A stretch of 64,000 nucleotides of DNA from Candidatus Woesearchaeota archaeon (GCA_013202845.1 JABMPT010000008.1:5415-69414), one strand, 5' to 3'; shown: positions 48,823-59,310, counted from the stretch's first letter. Made by a program: numbers and translations. Notes: a model not told the origin generated them from the letters alone.

Positions 48823-50628
48823 TTACAACCCCAAATTTTTTACAACTATTTTTTTCTCGAACTTAGTTAAATCATCATATGTCTGGCCTGTTCCCAAGTA
48901 TATGATTGGTTTCTTTGTGATGTATGAAACAGAGATTGCTGCTCCTCCTTTCTCATCGACGTCTGCCTTTGCAAGAATTATAGCGTCGATACCAACTTCA
49001 GCATCATACACTCTTGCTTGCTCCACACAATCGTTGCCTGTTATGCTTTCCCCAACAAAGATTTTCATATCAGGATTATTAACTCTCACTATTTTTTTGA
49101 GTTCTTCCATCAAGTTTGCGTTGCTATGAAGCCTTCCGGCAGTATCTATCATTACAACATCTATTCCTTTGGCTTTTGCATGCTCTACAGCGTCGAACGC
49201 AACTGCCGCAGGGTCTGCATTGTAATCATGCTTTATCATCTTCACACCTAATTTGTTAGCGTGCTCTTCCAACTGCTGGATAGCTGCTGCTCTAAAGGTA
49301 TCTGAAGCAGCGAAAACAACGCTTAACTTGTTTTTTATCATCATGTGAGCAACTTTTGCCATCGTGGTTGTTTTTCCAGAACCATTGACACCTATGAATG
49401 CTATAATATATGGTTTTTTCTTCTTGACTCTTTTTACCAAATCAAATGTTTGAACATCCAGAACTTCCTCAATTGATTTCTTAAGAGTGCCTGTTATGAC
49501 TTCTTCAACCCCTTTCCTTGAAATCTTTCCTGTTGTAAGCTCTTCTTTCAAATCACCTTTTATCTTTTCGATGACCTCAACAGCAACATTATTTTCCAGC
49601 AATGTAACTTCCAGTTGCCAGAACAACTCTTCAAACTTCTCTTCAGAAAGATTAAACTTTGTAACTCTCTCAGTTATTTTCTTGAAAAAACCTTTTTCTT
49701 CTTTTTCTTCCTTTGGTTCAGGTTCCGGCTCTGGTTCTTCTTCAACAATCTCTTCTTCAGGCTCTTCCTTGACTACTTCCTCAACCTTTTCTTCTTCAGG
49801 CTCTTCTTTCTTTTTGAATATCTTTTTAAAGAATGATTCTTTTTTTATTTCAGGAACTTCCACTTCTTCTTCTATATCATAGTTCCAACCTGGTTGCCAA
49901 GCTTTTTTTGGTCTCCAATCATCTTTGAAAGCTTGTTCCCAAGTTTTTCCAAGTAATACCTCAATTGCTAATTGTGGAATGTGATGACACATCAGTGCAA
50001 CATGTTTTCCTTCGTAATTTTCATACAAATAATTCAAGAATTCTGCAACTCTTTTTTCAACATCTTTTAGGCTTTCACCTTTTGGCATTGGTTCTTCTAA
50101 GTAATTTAGAATATCTTTCTTAAATTCGCTAGATTTCTTTAACGTGAATTCTCCATAATCCATTTCTCGAAGTCTTTTATCTTTCTTCAATGGACATATA
50201 TTTTTGAATGAGTTTGCAGAATCAACAGCTCTTTTCAGATCAGAGCTAAACATTACATCGAACTTTTTATCTTTAATTTTCTCAGGCAATTCTTTGGCTT
50301 GTGTTATTCCAAGTTCAGAAAGTTCACCAGGTTTTTGGCCTGTTGCTAATCCTTCTTCATTATCAGTTGTGGTTCCGTGAACAAAATAAGTTATTTTGAC
50401 GCCTTCAATCTTTTCCTTCTTAACTTCAGGCTTTTTCTCTTTTACTTCTTTTTTCTCTACTTTCTTTTTCTCAACCTTTTTTTCTTTTACTTCCTTCTTA
50501 ACTTCTTTCTTTGGTTTCTTCTCTACTTTCTTCTTTACCTCAACCTCTTCTGTAGTCACTACTTCCTCTACCTTTTTCTTTATAGTATCTACAGCTTCCT
50601 TAAGCTTGTCTTTTAGGAATTTAAACAT
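48823..50628 (-). CDS. ftsY: SRP receptor FtsY with an inserted histidine-phosphatase domain
   Basis: C-terminal GVNGSGKTT, DTFRAAA, DTAGR, GTGQ; internal YFVHG, SSDLKRA, RLRE, ALMCH. Confidence 0.9.
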   Translation of the reverse strand: MFKFLKDKLKEAVDTIKKKVEEVVTTEEVEVKKKVEKKPKKEVKKEVKEKKVEKKKVEKKEVKEKKPEVKKEKIEGVKITYFVHGTTTDNEEGLATGQKPGELSELGITQAKELPEKIKDKKFDVMFSSDLKRAVDSANSFKNICPLKKDKRLREMDYGEFTLKKSSEFKKDILNYLEEPMPKGESLKDVEKRVAEFLNYLYENYEGKHVALMCHHIPQLAIEVLLGKTWEQAFKDDWRPKKAWQPGWNYDIEEEVEVPEIKKESFFKKIFKKKEEPEEEKVEEVVKEEPEEEIVEEEPEPEPEPKEEKEEKGFFKKITERVTKFNLSEEKFEELFWQLEVTLLENNVAVEVIEKIKGDLKEELTTGKISRKGVEEVITGTLKKSIEEVLDVQTFDLVKRVKKKKPYIIAFIGVNGSGKTTTMAKVAHMMIKNKLSVVFAASDTFRAAAIQQLEEHANKLGVKMIKHDYNADPAAVAFDAVEHAKAKGIDVVMIDTAGRLHSNANLMEELKKIVRVNNPDMKIFVGESITGNDCVEQARVYDAEVGIDAIILAKADVDEKGGAAISVSYITKKPIIYLGTGQTYDDLTKFEKKIVVKNLGL

Positions 50629-50661
50629 GGTAAAAATAGAACAATAAAGTGTTTATAAAAG

Positions 50662-51063
50662 TTATGACTTCTCCTGTTGTGTTTGCATCATCTCTTGCTG
50701 TAATGCTTGCAACTTCATATACATCTGTTCGTAGTACTGCATTGTCTCTTCTTTGTATTTCTCCAGGTCTTTTATCTGCTCTTCCATCATCTTCTTTGCA
50801 TCTTCAGGGCTTTTGTCAACAATTACATTGCTTCCTACATTAACTTTCAATTTATCAGAATTGTCAAGTGTTGCTTCAGCAAATATGCCATTAGCAACAG
50901 GTACTTGTATTGTGTCACCTTTCTTTAATTTCTTGAACTCATCAAGAGTGTTCATTATTGCTTTGATATCTGCGATGTTCTGGTCTATGTTCTGTATGTT
51001 TGTATTTAACTGCTGGAACTGTTGCTCCAATAACTGGTATTCCATTATCTTTTCCTGGTTCAT
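50662..51063 (-). CDS. pfdA: Prefoldin alpha subunit
   Basis: Coiled coils flanking VPVANGIF...VNVGSNV. Confidence 0.9.
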   Translation of the reverse strand: MNQEKIMEYQLLEQQFQQLNTNIQNIDQNIADIKAIMNTLDEFKKLKKGDTIQVPVANGIFAEATLDNSDKLKVNVGSNVIVDKSPEDAKKMMEEQIKDLEKYKEETMQYYEQMYMKLQALQQEMMQTQQEKS

Positions 51064-52001
51064 TTTTTCCTCTTTTCATCTCTTAATATTTGTCTGTCCA
51101 ATGTGCTTATGGATCTGCTCTCGTGGATGTTTCTGATGGCCATTGCCAAAACATACCCTACATCTAGTACTTTTATCTTATCACTGTTCTTTGTAGGAAC
51201 AGTGTTTGTGACTATGACTTGTTTTGCTTTTGAGGCTTTAATCTTTTTGAGTGCATCGCCTGAAAACAATGAATGAGTTGCGCATAGATAGACATCTTTT
51301 GCACCTTCTTTCTTTACATAGTTGGCTGCTTCACAAATTGTTCCGCCGGTATCTATTATATCATCGTATATTATGACATTTTTTCCTTTCACATCTCCAA
51401 CTAAAGTCATCTCTCCAACCTTGTTGTGGTCTTCTCTTCTCTTGTGAATCATCGCTATAGTAGCATTAAGCCTTTTGGTTAGATGCAGAGCTCTTTTTAC
51501 GCCTCCTGCATCAGGTGAGAGTATTACAAGATTTTTCAGGTTCTTTTTCTTGAAATATCTCACGAATATTGGGAATGCCCATGTATCATCCAATGGTATA
51601 TCAAAGAATCCCTGTATCTGAGGTGAATGCAAGTCAATCGTTAAAACCCTATCAGCGCCTGCAGTTGTTATCAAATTAGCAACGAGTTTTGCAGTTATCG
51701 GTTCTCTAGCTTCTGCTTTTCTGTCCTGCCTTCCATAACCATAGTATGGTATTACAGCAGTAATCCTTTTTGCAGAGGCTCTTTTCGCAGCGTCTATCAA
51801 GATCAATAATTCCATCAGGTTGTCATTGGAATTCGTGGATTGGACAATGAATACATCCTCTCCTCTGATATCTTCCTTAATCCTTACATATATTTCCCCG
51901 TCTGCAAACTGTTTTACCAACACATTGGTATCTTTAACCTTCAGAAATTTGATTATCTCCTTAGAGAGATTCGGGTTTGATGTTCCGCATATTACCTTCA
52001 T
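51060..52001 (-). CDS. prs: Ribose-phosphate pyrophosphokinase
   Basis: FADGE, PYYGYGRQDR, DLHS, SPDAGG, DDIIDTGGT. Confidence 0.95.
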   Translation of the reverse strand: MKVICGTSNPNLSKEIIKFLKVKDTNVLVKQFADGEIYVRIKEDIRGEDVFIVQSTNSNDNLMELLILIDAAKRASAKRITAVIPYYGYGRQDRKAEAREPITAKLVANLITTAGADRVLTIDLHSPQIQGFFDIPLDDTWAFPIFVRYFKKKNLKNLVILSPDAGGVKRALHLTKRLNATIAMIHKRREDHNKVGEMTLVGDVKGKNVIIYDDIIDTGGTICEAANYVKKEGAKDVYLCATHSLFSGDALKKIKASKAKQVIVTNTVPTKNSDKIKVLDVGYVLAMAIRNIHESRSISTLDRQILRDEKRKK

Positions 52002-52002
52002 T

Positions 52003-52674
52003 TTAACCGTCGATAAATCCTAATCCTTCTTCAGCATTCATCACTTCGGCAGGACCTGATATCTCGCCAATCACCAAGCCGTTCTTATTGCATATGATGC
52101 CTGACTTGAGGTATGGCACCCCCATGTTGATAGTGCTTGGAATGGTCTTAACTTTTAAAATCTTTTCAATGGTCTTTGTCTCTGTGGTTGTAGCATCTCT
52201 GTGGATAAGCGCTTTTCCTTTGTTCATGGCAATGCATGCTCCTGGAGTCTCTGTATCTGCAATACTTATCTTTTTTACAGGCACTTTGAAAATATCTTTC
52301 AATCTCTTTATTTCATTATCTGAGAAATCTGAATTGACAAGCATTCCATTTTTGTTCAGTGCAATATTATTTCCTAGGCATGTTAAGTCTGTCTGAAAAA
52401 CCTCATATTTTATCTTTAGCTTGGTAAGCTCTTTTAACTCGCTTTCAAAAGTGATGCTCGGAACTAGTATTAAATCTTCATTTCCTACTATGAATACTCC
52501 TATAAATGAAGTTCCAGCTATATTGATCTTATGAACAGGCACTTCAAATATCCTTTTTAGTTCTTTAACTGTGTTACTCGCTACTTCTCTTCCAACAAGG
52601 ACGTATTTGTCTGTTGCAAAAGCATATAATCCTATGTTTGGATTCTTGTTGAAGGTCATTAGGCTTGTCGTCAT
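52003..52674 (-). CDS. eif6: Translation initiation factor aIF6
   Basis: NPNIGLY, IAGTSFIG, LGNNI, TINMG..SG..N..G. Confidence 0.88.
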   Translation of the reverse strand: MTTSLMTFNKNPNIGLYAFATDKYVLVGREVASNTVKELKRIFEVPVHKINIAGTSFIGVFIVGNEDLILVPSITFESELKELTKLKIKYEVFQTDLTCLGNNIALNKNGMLVNSDFSDNEIKRLKDIFKVPVKKISIADTETPGACIAMNKGKALIHRDATTTETKTIEKILKVKTIPSTINMGVPYLKSGIICNKNGLVIGEISGPAEVMNAEEGLGFIDG

Positions 52675-52752
52675 GTTCTCGAAGAATAATAGTTGTTTTA
52701 AAAAGCTATTGAATTGAAAAATTTTTTATATCAGTAGTATTAAAATAATTAG

Positions 52753-53394
52753 ATGATTGCAGAGGTGAGTGGTTTTATTTGGAAACAGCTGTTGCCGGAT
52801 TTATTTGGCAAGTTCTTTGAAATCCTCGGCGCTCCTTTCACTCATCCTGAAATGTTCTGGATTCTCACACCTCTTTTAATCGTTTGGATACTTGTTGAGC
52901 TGTATTTTGCCCGCTATGTGCGCGAGCAGCTGGAGTATGTTAGCGCTTTAGACAATTCCCTGTTCTTGTTGTTTGTAGGTGTTGATCTTGTCAGGAGACT
53001 TGTTCATAAAGAATTATTGTTCTCAGACTTCCTAAGAAGCTCTATAGCTGCTGTTTTAGTGCTTTTAGGACTTGTTTTGGCATATTTGGACTTCTTCCAT
53101 GTCATTAAGAAGAAACTCATGTCAAGGGTTAATTCAAAGTTTGTGATAAGCTTCATTTCTTATGTGGGCATAATACTTGTGTATTCTGATATAGTAGCTG
53201 AGAAGAATTTCTATAACTATGCAATTGCTTTTGTTGCTGTCCTATTGTTTTACTTAGTACTTAAATTCATAGTCAATTCTATCAAGTTATTCGAGCCTAA
53301 GAAAGTTGACGATGTAGAAGATGTTCTCCAGAGTGTGGAAGAAGATTTACAGCAAGCAGTTCATAAGATGAAGGAAAAAGAGAAAAAGAAATAA
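52753..53394 (+). CDS. Hypothetical membrane protein
   Basis: About 5 TM helices. Confidence 0.7.
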   Translation: MIAEVSGFIWKQLLPDLFGKFFEILGAPFTHPEMFWILTPLLIVWILVELYFARYVREQLEYVSALDNSLFLLFVGVDLVRRLVHKELLFSDFLRSSIAAVLVLLGLVLAYLDFFHVIKKKLMSRVNSKFVISFISYVGIILVYSDIVAEKNFYNYAIAFVAVLLFYLVLKFIVNSIKLFEPKKVDDVEDVLQSVEEDLQQAVHKMKEKEKKK

Positions 53395-54132
53395 TCACTT
53401 TATTTTTTTCTTGTTGAGATGTATTGAAATCTCTCCAAAGTGCTCTTTCTGCATCAAATCAATCTTTCTCTGAAAATCCAAGTGTAGAAGCGGTATGAAT
53501 GTGAATACCTTGTCTTCTTTTGAGTCAGAAGGTATCAGCTCTTCGAAAGTTAGTTTCATAGTTGACTTCGTGAAGTAAGAGACTATCTTGTCGTATACGT
53601 CTTTTATTATTGTAGATATCTCTTTTGTTTTCTTTGGCGGCTCAATTTTTTCACTTGAGTCGACATATACTTTTCTTCTGCTATTGACTTCCAAGGCCTT
53701 TTCTAAAGCCTCTACAAGATCGAATACAGATACTTTCCTCTTTCTTGGCTGTGGTATTTTTGGATGAATCTTTGGCAATTCTTGTCCATCAACCTGCACC
53801 CCTCCTTCACCTAATTCCTCAAGCAGATCCATTGCATCTTCTTCTGATGATAATAAACTGTCGAACTCTGTCAAGTCCTTGTCTAGCAACCTTGTTGATT
53901 TCATCTTTAGCAACATTGCAGATGCTAGAACTACTTTTCCAGAAATCCTGAAATCCATGTCTTTCAGATCTTTTAGTTTTCCCAAGAACTTTTGTGCTAT
54001 CATAGAAATATCTATGTTCCAAGGATTCATCTCTTCTTCTTTTACAAGATCATAGATTATGTTCTGCCAGGTAAGTTCATCTTCCTGAAATAGAATATTA
54101 AATATTCTCTCGTGTGGTTGCTCTTGCGTCAC
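53395..54132 (-). CDS. scpA: Segregation/condensation protein A (kleisin)
   Basis: MNPWNIDI, SGKVVLASAMLLKMKS, RKVSVFDLVEAL, FIPLLHL. Confidence 0.9.
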   Translation of the reverse strand: MTQEQPHERIFNILFQEDELTWQNIIYDLVKEEEMNPWNIDISMIAQKFLGKLKDLKDMDFRISGKVVLASAMLLKMKSTRLLDKDLTEFDSLLSSEEDAMDLLEELGEGGVQVDGQELPKIHPKIPQPRKRKVSVFDLVEALEKALEVNSRRKVYVDSSEKIEPPKKTKEISTIIKDVYDKIVSYFTKSTMKLTFEELIPSDSKEDKVFTFIPLLHLDFQRKIDLMQKEHFGEISIHLNKKKIK

Positions 54133-54282
54133 TTGTTATCACTACTGAATAAATTTAGGGGTTAATAGTATATAAATGTTTTGAAATAAAAATATTTATG
54201 CTCAAAAATTTTTAATTTTTGTTTGTATAAATTTTATGATTATTATGTAAGTTTTATATAGTAGTTTTAATTACAGATTATA

Positions 54283-54831
54283 ATGTATGACTTGTTATTG
54301 GCTGCAATGCTTTCTTTGAACCCTGAGACAGATATTAATGCTTATCAAGTAAAGCCTGTGGATGTAAATATTCAATACTGGTCAATTGATCTTTTGGTCA
54401 ATCATCTTGAAGGACTTTTAGATGATTCAAACATAAACACAGTTATGGCTGAAACTTGGGATGGTTCGATTGGAAGAGTTGCGCTTTTTTACTTTCATCA
54501 ACCCTCCTTTTTAGATCCTAAAGAGGGTTTTATTCCAGAAGGGACTTATATCCAGACTACTTTGTCTATCCCTGAGTCTTCTGGATTAAGTAGTTTATAT
54601 CCTAAAGCCACTCATGTGACAATACTTGACGGTGGACCTGAAGGTCCAAATAGTAAAGCAAACGCTGCGTACGTAACTAACGCAACTGTTGAGGATGATG
54701 TTTTACACCTGAATGATATGACTTTCGTCCCTTATGGAAAAGATCAGGAGATAACTTCTTTGATTGATGAGTTATACCCTGCAGTGTTGCAAAAATTCCA
54801 ACCAGAAGAGTTTCAACAATCTATATATTAG
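54283..54831 (+). CDS. Hypothetical protein
   Basis: 182 aa ORF. Confidence 0.55.
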   Translation: MYDLLLAAMLSLNPETDINAYQVKPVDVNIQYWSIDLLVNHLEGLLDDSNINTVMAETWDGSIGRVALFYFHQPSFLDPKEGFIPEGTYIQTTLSIPESSGLSSLYPKATHVTILDGGPEGPNSKANAAYVTNATVEDDVLHLNDMTFVPYGKDQEITSLIDELYPAVLQKFQPEEFQQSIY

Positions 54832-54833
54832 AA

Positions 54834-56090
54834 TTATTTGAGCTTCTTAATAGCTTCTTTTACAGAAATAAGTCTCTCTTTTCCTGACTTCATATCTCTT
54901 AGTTTGACTTTTTTCTTTGCCAGCTCTTTCTGGCCAACGAAAAGAATGTATGGTATTCCCTGGCTGTTTGCAAAGTCCAGGTTTTTGCTGATTCCTTTGC
55001 CTACAATGTCTAAATCAGTCTTTATGCCTGCTTTTCTAAGCTCTTGAGCTATTTTCAGGCTTTCATTAGGGGTTTTGATAGGTATTACATAAACCTTGGT
55101 AACTGACTTCTTTTTTGCAGAAGATTTCATAACATCTGTTATCAGTTCTAAACCGAATGATATGCCTGTTGCAGGGTATTTTCCTTTACCCAAGAATTCA
55201 CCTATCATATTATCGTATCTTCCGCCAGCTGTGATAGCTGAACCTATTCCTTTTGTGAAAACCTCGTAAACAGGTCCTGTGTAATAAGCTAATCCTCTGG
55301 CCAGAGAAGGGTCGAACTCAACGTTCTTAACGTATTTTAGTAATTCTTCAATTTCTTCTAAACCTTCTTTACCTATTCCTTTTTTCAAGAATAGTTTCAG
55401 ATTGCTGATTGTTTTTTTGTTGGTTTTCTTTTTTTGAATCATGCCAAATATCTTTGCGATTGAGTCATTAGATATTCCTTTTTGTTTCAATTCCTTCATG
55501 ACTTCGTTCTTTCCCTGTTTTTCGAGTTTGTCCATTGAGAGAATGGCATTATTCCATTTGCTCTTACTAACGCCTGCAGACTCCATTATTCCGTCGAGAA
55601 TCTTTCGGTTATTTATCTTGATAACAACTTTCAAACCAAGTTTTTTGAAAACATCAGAAGTGATTAATAGTAATTCTGCGTCTGCCATCATGTTTTTAGA
55701 ACCTACAACATCAACATCGCATTGCCAGAACTCTCTGTAACGTCCTAGTTTGATAGGCCCGTCCCTGTAAACCCTTCCAATCTGGTAGCGTTTGAAAGGC
55801 ATCTTCATGTTGGGGTTCATGCCAACAAATCTAGCGAAAGGAACTGTTAAATCATAGCGTAGACCAAGCTCTCTCTTACCCTGGTCTTTGAACTTGAATG
55901 TTTCTTTTAATATTTCATCCCCTCCAGCGTATTTTGACGATAGAAGATCATATCTCTCGATAACTGGAGTTTCCAAAGGGTTGAAACCGTACTCTTCGAA
56001 AGTCTCTCTTAGAGTGTCAACTATTTCTTGCCTGATTATTTTTTCTTCAGGTGGAAAATCCCTGACTCCTTTAGCATTCATTAGCTTCAT
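54834..56090 (-). CDS. hisS: Histidyl-tRNA synthetase
   Basis: KGVRDF, LRYDLTVPFAR, GRYREFWQCD, RGLAYYTG, AGGRYD. Confidence 0.96.
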   Translation of the reverse strand: MKLMNAKGVRDFPPEEKIIRQEIVDTLRETFEEYGFNPLETPVIERYDLLSSKYAGGDEILKETFKFKDQGKRELGLRYDLTVPFARFVGMNPNMKMPFKRYQIGRVYRDGPIKLGRYREFWQCDVDVVGSKNMMADAELLLITSDVFKKLGLKVVIKINNRKILDGIMESAGVSKSKWNNAILSMDKLEKQGKNEVMKELKQKGISNDSIAKIFGMIQKKKTNKKTISNLKLFLKKGIGKEGLEEIEELLKYVKNVEFDPSLARGLAYYTGPVYEVFTKGIGSAITAGGRYDNMIGEFLGKGKYPATGISFGLELITDVMKSSAKKKSVTKVYVIPIKTPNESLKIAQELRKAGIKTDLDIVGKGISKNLDFANSQGIPYILFVGQKELAKKKVKLRDMKSGKERLISVKEAIKKLK

Positions 56091-56197
56091 AATTTCACCT
56101 CCATAAAATTATGAGCATCGAAATTTTTCAAATTTCTCAGTTTCATATTAGTTCACCTGAATTTTATTACTTAAATATTTGTCGAAATAGAAAAGAG

Positions 56198-56271
56198 GGC
56201 GGTACCTGGGATTTGAACCCAGACCAAGAGAGCCACAGTCTCGTATGCTACCAGATTACACCAATACCGCC
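56198..56271 (-). tRNA. tRNA-His(GTG), with encoded G-1 and no CCA
   Basis: Acceptor GCGGTAT/GTACCGC, anticodon loop CTGTGGC, T-arm CTGGG-TTCAAAT-CCCAG; next to hisS. Confidence 0.92.
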
Positions 56272-56463
56272 ATGGTTTATTGAAGTATGAATAAGTTGTT
56301 TTTAATGTTTTCGCATCGAAAAGAGAGTTTAAACTAGAAAAAGGTTGACTAACAATGAATACAATCAGCTCTTTTCATTTTGTATCAAGTTTTGATATAT
56401 TATTTATAAATTTTATTATTCTTTTAGTTAAATTTATAAAACAACACTTTTTCCAGCAGAGTA

Positions 56464-56496
56464 GCATAGATGTGGGCTTGACTCGCCTGAATATGC
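56464..56496 (+). promoter_or_regulatory. Structured 5' UTR of rpl15e (candidate r-protein leader)
   Basis: GCATA...GGGC-loop-GCCT...TATGC stem starts about 24 nt after TTTATAAA; GGAGG SD follows. Confidence 0.45.
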
Positions 56497-56522
56497 GTAG
56501 TAAATAACAATGGAGGTCCAAA

Positions 56523-57095
56523 ATGGGATTATACAAACATATTCGAGAGGCTTGGAAAAGACCCAAGCAGACCCTAAAAGAGATAAATAGGGCAAGACTT
56601 ATTTCTTGGAGACGAGAAGACTCCACAGTAAGAATTAAAAGACCTACAAGACTTGATAGAGCAAGATCTTTAGGTTATAGAGCAAAACAAGGTATTCTAG
56701 TCGTTAGACAGCGTGTCAAGAGAGGCGGTAGACAGAGAGAACAGTTCAAAGGCGGCAGAAGGCCTAAGCATATGCGAAGAAAGAAGATCGTTGCCAAGAA
56801 CTATCAGCAAGTAGCTGAAGAAAGAGCTAACAAGAAATTCGTGAACTGCGAAGTGTTGAACAGTTATAAGGTTGGTGAAGATGGTATGTATTACTGGTTT
56901 GAAATCATTCTTGTCGACAGGGATCATCCTCAAATATTAAAGGATAAACAGCTTGGCTGGATGATTTTAAAGAGAGGAAGAGCTCAGAGAGGTTTGACAA
57001 GCGCTGGTAGAAAAGGCCGTGGCCTAAGAGGCAACAAAGGTTTAGGTGCTGAGAAGTTAAGGCCGAGCTTGAGAGCAAAAGGCAGAAGGCATTAA
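56523..57095 (+). CDS. rpl15e: 50S ribosomal protein eL15
   Basis: [31 protein letters not shown]. Confidence 0.96.
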   Translation: MGLYKHIREAWKRPKQTLKEINRARLISWRREDSTVRIKRPTRLDRARSLGYRAKQGILVVRQRVKRGGRQREQFKGGRRPKHMRRKKIVAKNYQQVAEERANKKFVNCEVLNSYKVGEDGMYYWFEIILVDRDHPQILKDKQLGWMILKRGRAQRGLTSAGRKGRGLRGNKGLGAEKLRPSLRAKGRRH

Positions 57096-57134
57096 TAATT
57101 AATTTTTTATACTTCCTTTTTATACTTTTTTTCT

Positions 57135-58178
57135 ATGCCTTGGGTTAAAATGTTTTTTAGAAAGGATTATCTCTACATGTTATATTATCCTTTCACTGCT
57201 TATAGACTTTGGTGGAAAGAGTTTTTAGGCATAAACCTGAAACATGTTATGTTTTATTGGAATGGTGAGTATTATGAGTCTTGGCGTGACGATGTTGAAA
57301 TAGATAAGTTCTATAATTATTTGAAAAAACTCTGTGATGATGATAAAAACTTACTTGATTCCTGGATTGATCAGGTTGCAAAGAATAACACTATTCTCGA
57401 CGAGCAGATAAACACTGTTTTATCTCTTGATTTAGAGAGTTTTTCAGATCAGGAGTTGATTCATCTTTTGAAAAAAACTAATGATGTGGTTAAGAGTTAT
57501 TGGATTGTTTACACTCTTCCTTTGTTTGCTTCTGAAAAAGTCGAGTTTAGCTCTTCCCAAAAGGAAAAGTTTCTTCCCCTTAGAAAAAAGACTTTGTACG
57601 TTGACTTTCAAGTTAAGTTGTTGCCAAAGCTTTTCTCTGAAATCTCTAAAAGAACAGGTGTTGATGAAAATCTTTTGTATTTTGCTTTTCCTGATGAAGT
57701 TATTGATGCTTTTGAGAAAAAAATCTCTGTTGATGAACTGAGAAAAAGAAAAGAAAATTGGTTCTGGAAGAATGAAGATGGAAAACTAGAATTTTTATCA
57801 GGAAAGAAAGCTCAAAGGAAATACGATGAAATGTTTTCATCTAAACAGTTATCTGATAAAACTCTTAAAGGTGTTGGCGTAAGCAAAGGAAAAGCAAAGG
57901 GCAAAGCAAAAGTCATTGTGACTGAACAATCTTTTGAGAAACTTGGAGATAATGATATATTAGTAACTTTAATGGTGCGACCAACTTTCTACTCTAAAAT
58001 AAAAGCTTGCAGAGCAATAATCACAGAGGAAGGTGGGATTAACTCACACGCTGCGATATTAGCAAGAGAGCTAAATATTCCTTGCATTGTTCAAGTTGAA
58101 AACGCAACAAAGAACATTGTAAACGGTGAAAGTTTAGAAGTAGATGCAAATGAAGGTGTAGTTAGAAGAAGGCATTAA
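57135..58178 (+). CDS. PEP-utilising enzyme mobile (phospho-His) domain protein
   Basis: LKGVGVSKG, AIITEEGGINSHAAILARELNIPCIV. Confidence 0.85.
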   Translation: MPWVKMFFRKDYLYMLYYPFTAYRLWWKEFLGINLKHVMFYWNGEYYESWRDDVEIDKFYNYLKKLCDDDKNLLDSWIDQVAKNNTILDEQINTVLSLDLESFSDQELIHLLKKTNDVVKSYWIVYTLPLFASEKVEFSSSQKEKFLPLRKKTLYVDFQVKLLPKLFSEISKRTGVDENLLYFAFPDEVIDAFEKKISVDELRKRKENWFWKNEDGKLEFLSGKKAQRKYDEMFSSKQLSDKTLKGVGVSKGKAKGKAKVIVTEQSFEKLGDNDILVTLMVRPTFYSKIKACRAIITEEGGINSHAAILARELNIPCIVQVENATKNIVNGESLEVDANEGVVRRRH

Positions 58179-58555
58179 TTTTTTTTATAAAATTCTTTAT
58201 ATTCTTTAATCAAATCTTCTATTTTTTTCAATGGTTGACCAAAATAGTTTGCAGCATTTTTTATGGCTGTACTCTCAATTTCTTTTATGTTTAATCTGTT
58301 AACAAGAGGTGTAATAGTGGAGAGATATGCATATGATAACATTTCTTCGATAATTGCTGCTAATCCTGCTATTTGTTTTGGCTCGTTAATATCTATGAAT
58401 CTTTCATCAATGGTTTCTATCAGGTAATAAGTTTCTCTTATTCCGAAATGTTTTCGATGACCCCCAAACAACCAATACTTCAACGCATGATATTTTGCTT
58501 TTTTTCTAGCTTGTCTAAGTGATTCATAATTTGGTTCTTGAGAATTTTGGTTCAT
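58175..58555 (-). CDS. Hypothetical protein
   Basis: 126 aa; start overlaps the MTase stop (ATGA). Confidence 0.6.
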   Translation of the reverse strand: MNQNSQEPNYESLRQARKKAKYHALKYWLFGGHRKHFGIRETYYLIETIDERFIDINEPKQIAGLAAIIEEMLSYAYLSTITPLVNRLNIKEIESTAIKNAANYFGQPLKKIEDLIKEYKEFYKKN

Positions 58556-59310
58556 TTTCTAGCCAAGTATGCTTTGTATAATTGTTCTGTTTCTAGATTT
58601 ACTGGTTCGATATTTCTAAAACCTGTTTCTTCTAGCATTCCAGTCAGGCTTTCTCCAGTTATATTGTATGAGTTATTCATAATCTGTCTTTCTTTATCAT
58701 GGCTTCTTAGTATTATTGTCCATTCGCTTCTTTCCTCTTCTGGAAAGCTTTTTCTCTCCCATTCCAGTTCACAGGTTTTTCCTTCCAAAGTCATTGTTCC
58801 AAATTCATAAAAGTGTTCTTCATCTCCTTTCTTGACGCAATCCTGTATTAGGAATCCTTCTGGTTGCAATAGCTTGTAGAAATTGTTCAGTGCGTTCATT
58901 ACTTGAGTGTATGATTCTCTCGCATCAAATCCTTCTTTTCTCCATGTGGCAGCGTAACCTAGAGAGTTTCCTCTGTTTATTATCAGTTTCGGTTGTTTGT
59001 TGTATTTTTCAAGGAGATATTCCCAATGAATTAGTTTAGATTCAGCTTCTAGACCTATTCTTTCTGCTTCTTGAGCAAATTGTTTAATCATATCTGAATC
59101 TCCATCTGAAAATATAACGTTATACCCTCTTTCTAGCAAATCTAATGATAGAAATCCTGTTCCTGCTGAAACGTCCCATATCAAGTCATTTTTTGTGATA
59201 TTGTTGGGTGTTAAGATTGAACTGATAAATTCTTCTGTGTACTTTTCTCGATTATACGCTAAGTTTACCGTTTCCCTCCAAAAATCATTTATATTGAACA
59301 TATTAATCAC
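58552..59310 (-). CDS. Class I SAM methyltransferase (glycine/sarcosine N-MTase-like)
   Basis: WDVSAGTG, DGDSDM, NRGNSL, LQPEG. Confidence 0.8.
   Translation of the reverse strand: MINMFNINDFWRETVNLAYNREKYTEEFISSILTPNNITKNDLIWDVSAGTGFLSLDLLERGYNVIFSDGDSDMIKQFAQEAERIGLEAESKLIHWEYLLEKYNKQPKLIINRGNSLGYAATWRKEGFDARESYTQVMNALNNFYKLLQPEGFLIQDCVKKGDEEHFYEFGTMTLEGKTCELEWERKSFPEEERSEWTIILRSHDKERQIMNNSYNITGESLTGMLEETGFRNIEPVNLETEQLYKAYLARK

Noticed and set aside
56198..56271. tRNA-His as an integration site
   Set aside because: No duplicated tRNA 3' end or integrase seen in the window
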